A DNA stretch of 64,000 nt from Opitutia bacterium (GTDB lineage: Bacteria; Verrucomicrobiota; Verrucomicrobiia; Opitutales; Opitutaceae). The notes below the pieces were generated by a model. It saw only the letters and a list, made by a program, of their open reading frames with translations, did no database searches and had not been told where the DNA came from. Within the stretch, counting starts at the first letter, position 1; each line of letters starts with the position of its first letter. The DNA lies in contig CANJVR010000001.1 of the NCBI GenBank assembly GCA_947478395.1, forward strand, positions 1 through 64,000. The letters run 5' to 3'. The position numbers and the translations under genes are program-made. Positions 58,167-64,000 of this stretch are shown one piece after another.

Positions 58167-60971
58167 ATGGCCGCCAAATCCAAAGCTAAGAAAGCCCCCT
58201 CGTCCGCGAAGAAGTTCGCTCCCAAGGGCAAGCCCGCTCCGAAGAAGTCCGCCCCCAAGGGCCTTAAATACGTTTACACGTGGGGCGCCGGCAAGGCCGA
58301 CGGCAACGGCTCGATGAAAAATCTCCTCGGCGGCAAGGGCGCTAATCTCGCCGAGATGACCCGCATCAGCCTGCCCGTGCCTCCCGGTTTCACGATTACG
58401 ACCGAGGTCTGCACTTACTACTACGCCAACAAGCGCACGTACCCCACCTCGCTCCAGTCCCAGATGGAAGCCGGCGTCGCCAACATGGAAAAAATCATGG
58501 GCACGAAGTTCGGCGCCACCACCGGCACCCCGCTCCTCGTCGCCGTCCGCTCGGGCGCGCGCGATTCCATGCCCGGCATGATGGACACGATTCTTAATCT
58601 CGGCCTCAACGACCAGAGCGTCGTCGCCCTCGTCGAATCCACCAAGAATCCCCGCTTCGCTTGGGATTGCTACCGCCGCTTCATTCAAATGTACGGCGAC
58701 GTCGTCATCGGCGTGCAGAAACGCGAAGGCGAAGATCACGATCCGTTCGAGTCCGTCATCCACGGTTTCAAACACGAAAAATATCACGGCGACATCGAGG
58801 ACTCGAAGCTCACCGCCGAGGACCAGCAAGAACTCGTCAAGCGCTTCAAGGCCCTCGTCAAAGAGCGCACCGGAAAATCGTTCCCGAACGATCCGTGGGA
58901 TCAGCTCCGCGGCGCCGCCGGCGCCGTATTCGGTTCGTGGATGAACGACCGCGCCAAGGTCTACCGCGCGAAGTACAACATCCCCTCCGAGTGGGGCACC
59001 GCCGTCAACGTCCAGGCCATGGTCTTCGGCAACACCGGTGACACCTCCGGCTCCGGCGTGGCGTTCACCCGCAATCCCGCCAACGGCATCAACGAATTTT
59101 ACGGCGAATTCCTCATTAACGCGCAGGGCGAAGACGTCGTCGCCGGCGTGCGCACGCCCGAGCCCGTCCTGAAATTGAAGGACGTCATGCCGAAGTCCTA
59201 CGCCGAGCTCCTAAAAGTTCGCGCCACGCTCGAGAAGCATTTCAAGGACGTTCAGGACATCGAGTTCACGATCCAGGACGGCAAGCTGTTCATGCTCCAG
59301 ACGCGCAACGGCAAACGCACCGCCGCCGCCGCGCTGAAGTTCTCCGTCGATATGGTGAAGGAGAAACTCATCAACTGGCAGACCGCGATCACGCGCAACC
59401 CGGCTGATCAGCTCGACCAGCTCCTCGCCCCGATCTTCGATCTCGCCGAGGTCAAGAAGGCCAAGGTCATCGCGACCGGTCTGCCCGCCGGCCCCGGCGC
59501 CGCCACCGGTAAGATCTACTTCAACGCTGATCGCGCCGTCCAAGCCGCCGACAAGGGCGAGAAAGTTCTCCTCGTCCGCGTCGAAACCTCGCCCGAAGAT
59601 TTGCGCGGCATGATCGCCGCCGAAGGTATTCTCACCGCTCGCGGTGGCGTTTCCTCGCACGCGGCGCTCGTCGCCCGCCAGATGGGCAAGGTCTGCGTGT
59701 GCGGCGCCGCCGCCCTCCAGGTCGACTACGACAAGAAGACCCTGACCGTCGACGGCCGGACCTACGGCGAAGGCGATTATCTGTCGATCGACGGGACCGC
59801 CGGCACCGTTTACGCGGGCCAGATCAAGACCGCTTCGTCCGAAATCATCGCCGGCCTCGTCAACAACGACAAAGCGGCGCAAGCCACGGAAAAGTTCAAG
59901 AGCTTCACCCAGCTCATGAAATGGTGCGCGCAAGCCACCAAGCTCTCCGTGCGCACCAACGCCGATACGCCTGAGCAGACGCGCATCGCCGTCGCGTTCG
60001 GCGCCGTCGGCATCGGCCTCACCCGCACCGAGCACATGTTCTTCGAAGGCGACCGCATCGACGCCATGCGCGAGATGATCCTCGCCGATTCGCTCGCCGA
60101 CCGTCAGGCCGCGCTCGCGAAACTGTTGCCGTACCAACGCGACGACTTCTTCGGCATCTTTAAGGCGCTAAAAGGATTCCCCGCGACGATTCGTTTCCTC
60201 GATCCGCCATTGCACGAGTTCCTGCCTAACACGAAGGAAGCGCAAATGGATCTCGCCCGAAAACTCAACGTTACCGTCGAGAAGATCATGCACCGCGTGC
60301 ACGAGCTGCATGAATTCAACCCGATGCTCGGCTTCCGCGGCTGCCGTCTCGGCATCAAGTATCCGGAAATCACCGCCATGCAGGCGCGCGCCGTCCTCGA
60401 GGCCGCCGCCGATGCGACCAAGGCCGGCTTCAAGGCCAAGCCCGAAATCATGATCCCGCTCGTCGGCTTCAAGAAGGAGCTCGATCTCCAGACCGAGCTT
60501 GTGCACGAGATCGCCCGCGCCGTGCAAAAGGAGAAGAAGGTGAAGATCTCCTACTCCGTCGGCACGATGATCGAGATCCCGCGCGGTGCACTCACCGCCG
60601 ACGAGATCGCGCACACGGCTGAGTTCTTCAGCTTCGGCACGAACGATCTCACGCAGACCTGCCTCGGCATGTCGCGCGACGACTCAGGTTCGTTCCTCGG
60701 CGCGTATCAAGAGTCCGAGATCATGAAGAAGAACCCGTTCGCGAGCATCGATCAGACCGGCGTGGGCCAGCTGATGCAGATCGCGATCGAGAAGGGCCGG
60801 AAGACCCGCCCCAACATCAAGCTCGGTATCTGCGGCGAACACGGTGGCGATCCGGACTCGGTGAAGTTCTGTCACAAGCTCGGCCTCACCTACGTCTCGT
60901 GCTCGCCCTACCGCGTGCCGGTCGCGCGCCTCGCCGCCGCCCAGGCAGCGGTCGCCGATCTGAAGAAGTAA
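58167..60971 (+). CDS. ppdK: Pyruvate, phosphate dikinase
   Basis: [40 protein letters not shown] (phospho-His), [23 protein letters not shown]. Confidence 0.98.
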   Translation: MAAKSKAKKAPSSAKKFAPKGKPAPKKSAPKGLKYVYTWGAGKADGNGSMKNLLGGKGANLAEMTRISLPVPPGFTITTEVCTYYYANKRTYPTSLQSQMEAGVANMEKIMGTKFGATTGTPLLVAVRSGARDSMPGMMDTILNLGLNDQSVVALVESTKNPRFAWDCYRRFIQMYGDVVIGVQKREGEDHDPFESVIHGFKHEKYHGDIEDSKLTAEDQQELVKRFKALVKERTGKSFPNDPWDQLRGAAGAVFGSWMNDRAKVYRAKYNIPSEWGTAVNVQAMVFGNTGDTSGSGVAFTRNPANGINEFYGEFLINAQGEDVVAGVRTPEPVLKLKDVMPKSYAELLKVRATLEKHFKDVQDIEFTIQDGKLFMLQTRNGKRTAAAALKFSVDMVKEKLINWQTAITRNPADQLDQLLAPIFDLAEVKKAKVIATGLPAGPGAATGKIYFNADRAVQAADKGEKVLLVRVETSPEDLRGMIAAEGILTARGGVSSHAALVARQMGKVCVCGAAALQVDYDKKTLTVDGRTYGEGDYLSIDGTAGTVYAGQIKTASSEIIAGLVNNDKAAQATEKFKSFTQLMKWCAQATKLSVRTNADTPEQTRIAVAFGAVGIGLTRTEHMFFEGDRIDAMREMILADSLADRQAALAKLLPYQRDDFFGIFKALKGFPATIRFLDPPLHEFLPNTKEAQMDLARKLNVTVEKIMHRVHELHEFNPMLGFRGCRLGIKYPEITAMQARAVLEAAADATKAGFKAKPEIMIPLVGFKKELDLQTELVHEIARAVQKEKKVKISYSVGTMIEIPRGALTADEIAHTAEFFSFGTNDLTQTCLGMSRDDSGSFLGAYQESEIMKKNPFASIDQTGVGQLMQIAIEKGRKTRPNIKLGICGEHGGDPDSVKFCHKLGLTYVSCSPYRVPVARLAAAQAAVADLKK

Positions 60972-60995
60972 GCGCGAAACATCCGCAAGATTCTC

Positions 60996-61024
60996 AGCCC
61001 CGGCTTCATCGCCGGGGCTTTTTT
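60996..61024 (+). terminator. Intrinsic terminator of ppdK
   Basis: AGCCCCGGC-ttcatc-GCCGGGGCT followed by a T run. Confidence 0.9.
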
Positions 61025-61026
61025 GC

Positions 61027-61413
61027 GTAGCGGCAGGCGTCCCTGCCTGCCGTTGGCTTTACGCTCCTCCAAGCCCGGCAGGCACAGAGGCCCGCCGCTA
61101 CAGTGACTCGCCCCGGTGTTCCACCACCTCGTAGCCGCAGGCGTCCCTGCCTGCCGTTGGCTTTACGCTCCTCCAAGCCCGGCAGGCACGGAGGCCCGCC
61201 GCTACAGTGACTCGCCTCGGTGTTACACCACCGCGTAGCCGCAGGCGTCCCTGCCTGCCGTTGGCTTTACGCTCCTCCAAGCCCGGCAGGCACAGAGGCC
61301 TGCCGCTACAGTGACTCGCCCCGGTGTTCCACCACCGCGTAGCCGCAGGCGTCCCTGCCTGCCGTTGGCTTTGCGCTTCTCCAAGCCCGGCAGGCACGGA
61401 GGCCTGCCGCTAC
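61027..61413. repeat. BIME/REPIN-like tandem array: four units at 104-bp period (last one partial), each an inverted REP pair
   Basis: Units start with GTAG at 61027, 61131, 61235 and 61339; GTAGC(G/C)GCAGGCGTCCCTGCCTGCC-linker-GGCAGGCAC(A/G)GAGGCC(C/T)GCCGCTAC-linker. Confidence 0.93.
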
Positions 61414-61494
61414 CACTCCAGCTCCGGACGTTCCGCCTCCAAATTCAAATTTAGTTTCGCCGCTCCGCCGTCGGCCGCATCACGCTTCACGGCC

Positions 61495-62970
61495 ATGAAC
61501 CCCACCCGTCTCCTTCTCGCATTCGCCGGCCTTTTTTGCGCCGCAGGCGTCAGCGCCCAGACCGCCGGTCCCAATTTCGGTAAACATTACCCGCCGGAAA
61601 AAAGCAGCTACGTCGACCCCGTCAGCGGTTTCACCGTCAACGTCCTCACCTCCGACAAGGCCGACGACGCCAAGCCCTATCAAACGCACACCACGTGGAC
61701 CGCCGACGGCAAGTGGATCATCTTTCGCGCCAACCGCGGCGGCAACGGTCTCCAAATCTTTCTGCTCAACGAACAGAGCGGTGACATCGTTCAAGTCACC
61801 GACACCCCCGGCACGAACACCGGCAGCCTCAATCTTTCGCGCAAGGAGATGAAACTTTACTTCATGCGCGGCGGCGCCCAGGGCGGTCGCGGCGCGCGCG
61901 GACCCGCCGCTCCAACCGCCGCAGCGCCGGCCACGCCCGCGCCACAGCGCCAGCTCATCGAATCAAACATCGGCGCGCTTATCGCCGACAGTCTCGCCGG
62001 CAAAGTGAAAGATTCCTCCGCTTACGAACGCGTGGTCGCCGCACTCCCGGGCGAACTCCGTGACAGCGGCGGCTTCGCCCTCGATGCCGACGAAAGCAAA
62101 GCCTACTGGGGCGTCGCCACCGACGCACCCGCCGGCGCGCGCGGTCCCGCGGCTGCTGCCGCCGTTGTCGACGCCACGCCCGCGCCCGCCGCCACCGGGG
62201 CCACGATCCCCGGCAGCACGCGCCAGATGGGTCGCGCCATCGATCAACCCAACATGGATCCCAATTATCCCCGCGAAGCCAATCGCACCCGCTGGGAACA
62301 ACAAGGCCGGGGCCAAGGCGGCATCCGCTCCATCGACCTCAAGACCGGCGCCATCAAAACCGTCATCGACGTGAATTTCCGCATGGGCCACGTGCAGACC
62401 AATCCGTGGGTTCCCGGCGAAATCGTTTACTGTCACGAAACCACCGGCGACGCGCCCCAGCGCATGTGGTTCGTGCGCGGCGACGGCACCGACAATCGCC
62501 CCCTCTACAAGGAAGATCCCCTCGGCTGGGAATGGATCACCCACGAAACCTTCGCGACCAAGGACGAGGTCATGTTCCTCATCATCGGTCATCTCCCGTA
62601 CCTCCGCGAACGGCCGAGCGGCGTCGCCGTCATCAACCTCCGCACGAATCGCATGAACATCGTCGGCCAGATCGACGAAGCCATCGCCGCGGATCGTCCC
62701 GGCGGCTTCTGGCATTGCAACGGCTCCTCCGACGGACGCTGGGCCGTGGCCGACACGTTCAAAGGCGACATCTATCTCATCGACCGTCTCAGCGGTGAAA
62801 CGACGCTCCTCACGAGCGACCACAAAATGACGCCCGACCACGCGCACCCGATCTTCAGTCCGGATAACAAGCGCGTGCTCATCCAATCCGGTCGCCTGAC
62901 CAACGGCGAAAGCCTCGACCTGATGGAAGTGACGATCCCCGACGCGCTGCTCAACCGCCGGAAGTCCTGA
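61495..62970 (+). CDS. Exported oligogalacturonate lyase (PL22)-like beta-propeller
   Basis: Signal peptide; DPVSGFTV..LT, WTADGK.IIFR, GHVQTNP, YCHE, THE, WHCN, HAHPIFSPD. Confidence 0.75.
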   Translation: MNPTRLLLAFAGLFCAAGVSAQTAGPNFGKHYPPEKSSYVDPVSGFTVNVLTSDKADDAKPYQTHTTWTADGKWIIFRANRGGNGLQIFLLNEQSGDIVQVTDTPGTNTGSLNLSRKEMKLYFMRGGAQGGRGARGPAAPTAAAPATPAPQRQLIESNIGALIADSLAGKVKDSSAYERVVAALPGELRDSGGFALDADESKAYWGVATDAPAGARGPAAAAAVVDATPAPAATGATIPGSTRQMGRAIDQPNMDPNYPREANRTRWEQQGRGQGGIRSIDLKTGAIKTVIDVNFRMGHVQTNPWVPGEIVYCHETTGDAPQRMWFVRGDGTDNRPLYKEDPLGWEWITHETFATKDEVMFLIIGHLPYLRERPSGVAVINLRTNRMNIVGQIDEAIAADRPGGFWHCNGSSDGRWAVADTFKGDIYLIDRLSGETTLLTSDHKMTPDHAHPIFSPDNKRVLIQSGRLTNGESLDLMEVTIPDALLNRRKS

Positions 62971-62985
62971 GTCTGCACGTGGAAA

Positions 62986-63011
62986 GTAGGGCGCGTTATC
63001 CGTAACGCGCC
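62986..63011 (+). repeat. GTAG-class REP palindrome of a second type
   Basis: GTAG-GGCGCGTTA-TCCG-TAACGCGCC. Confidence 0.7.
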
Positions 63012-63086
63012 ATGCCGAATCCCGCGTCGCCGTGGGTCAGCGCGCTGACCTCCACCGATCATCCCGTGGGTAACCAGAAAGGCCGC

Positions 63087-63264
63087 AGAGCGGTTTAGGT
63101 TTTTCCGTGGCCGTTGGGTGTAGCGGCAGGCGTCCCTGCCTGCCGAGTTCAGGTCCCTCGTAGCGGCAGGCGTCCCTGCCTGCCGGGTTCAGGGCCCTCG
63201 TTTCGGCAGGCAGGGACGCCTGCCGCTACGTCATCAGCGACGATGCTTTTGGTTAAACCGCTTT
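63087..63264 (+). mobile_element. MITE-like TIR element, copy 5, with an internal 40-bp duplication giving three REPs
   Basis: Ends AGAGCGGTTTA...TAAACCGCTTT; REPs at 63120, 63160 and inverted at 63205-63229. Confidence 0.78.
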
Positions 63265-63424
63265 AACGCGCCGTGCCGGGACTTTTCAGTCCGGAACAAA
63301 AGAGGCGCCACGGGCACGCACCGATCGAAATATCCGGCAGCCAAAGGGGGTCGCGCTCGGGACAACACGACCGCAAAAGTAAATTGAACTCCGTCCGCGC
63401 TCCCGTTGGAGTCCGACTTTCCCC

Positions 63425-64000
63425 ATGCGTTTTCTTCCTTCCCTCCGGATCATCCCGCTCGCCACCGCTCTCGCCATTTCCGCCTCGCTGCATGCCGCCG
63501 AGGTCCGCACGCCCGCTCAGATTTCGACGCAATACTGCGTGGGTTGCCACGGCGTTAATCTCGTCGGCGGCACCGCGCCCAACCTGCTCGACAGCATTTG
63601 GGCCCACGGCTCCGACGACGCGTCCATCCTAAAGGGCATTCGCGACGGTTATCCGCTCACGGGCATGGCCGGCTTCGGCGCGGTCCTCTCGGAGGCCGAA
63701 CAAACCGCACTCGTTGGTTATATCCGCGCGCAAGGCCGGAGATTTGGCTTTGGCCAGATCGCCGCGGTGCCGCCGCCCGACTCGATCGTCATCAAAAGCG
63801 AATTGCACGATTTCCGCCTCGAATTGTTCGCCGCGCCGCTCGATACGCCGTGGGGCATGGTCTTTTTACCCGATGGAAAAATTCTCGTGACCGAGCGCAT
63901 CGGCGCCCTGCGCGTGATCGAAAACGGCAAGCTTCTCCCCGACCCGATTCGCGACACGCCGAAACCGTTCGTGCGCCAGGACGGCGGTTTCCTCGACGTC
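63425..64000 (+). CDS. Cytochrome c fused to a PQQ-dependent aldose sugar dehydrogenase (YliI/GSDH-like); cut by the window end
   Basis: My translation: signal peptide, CVGCH haem motif, GM axial ligand region, then LDTPWGMVFLPDG.ILVTER.GALR and GGFLDV; absent from the ORF track because no stop is reached. Confidence 0.9.
   Translation, partial: MRFLPSLRIIPLATALAISASLHAAEVRTPAQISTQYCVGCHGVNLVGGTAPNLLDSIWAHGSDDASILKGIRDGYPLTGMAGFGAVLSEAEQTALVGYIRAQGRRFGFGQIAAVPPPDSIVIKSELHDFRLELFAAPLDTPWGMVFLPDGKILVTERIGALRVIENGKLLPDPIRDTPKPFVRQDGGFLDV

Noticed and set aside
61027..61413. CRISPR array
   Set aside because: The intervening sequences are near-identical rather than unique spacers, repeats alternate in orientation, the period is 104 bp, and no cas genes are present
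61324..61494. N-terminal extension of ORF 61324-62970 and ORF 61098-61397
   Set aside because: Both are translations of the REP array; the signal peptide begins at ATG 61495

Overview
A high-GC, gene-dense chromosomal segment made mostly of core genes. Gene order and protein style point to Verrucomicrobiota, probably Opitutaceae (inference from a LysM gene between murD and ftsW, the LpxC-FabZ fusion, a TMTC-like TPR protein and a PGNLR-type EF-P). Positions 1-13.2 kb hold the dcw cluster on the minus strand (mraZ, rsmH, ftsL-like, ftsI, murE, murF, mraY, murD, lysM, ftsW, murG) with a four-box MraZ operator. Then come ssuE-like, DUF971, hisI, lpxA, lpxC-fabZ, efp, a small beta-barrel, can, rlmI-like, TMTC-like TPR, a degenerate thymidine phosphorylase homologue, argS, YihY, PpiD/SurA-like, TolC, miaA, trpA and an EEP phosphatase. 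Next are a two-gene signalling module (APC transporter-HAMP-histidine kinase fusion plus a hybrid kinase), tRNA-His, DUF2062, a nucleotidyltransferase-GHMP kinase fusion, an amidase with a NitT/TauT ABC transporter, a sugar ABC transporter, USP, an M24 peptidase, tatC, ppdK, an oligogalacturonate-lyase-like propeller, and a cytochrome c/PQQ dehydrogenase cut by the window edge. I see no prophage, transposase, CRISPR or defence genes. The most notable observations are the APC transceptor kinase relay, a thymidine phosphorylase-fold pseudoenzyme candidate, a ~138-bp TIR-bounded element carrying a REP pair (five copies) plus a 104-bp x4 REP array, a compact NTase-GHMP fusion, doubly overlapped mini-ORFs inside the dcw operon, and EF-P with Asn at the modified-lysine position. 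All assignments come from motif recognition by eye; no database searches were run.
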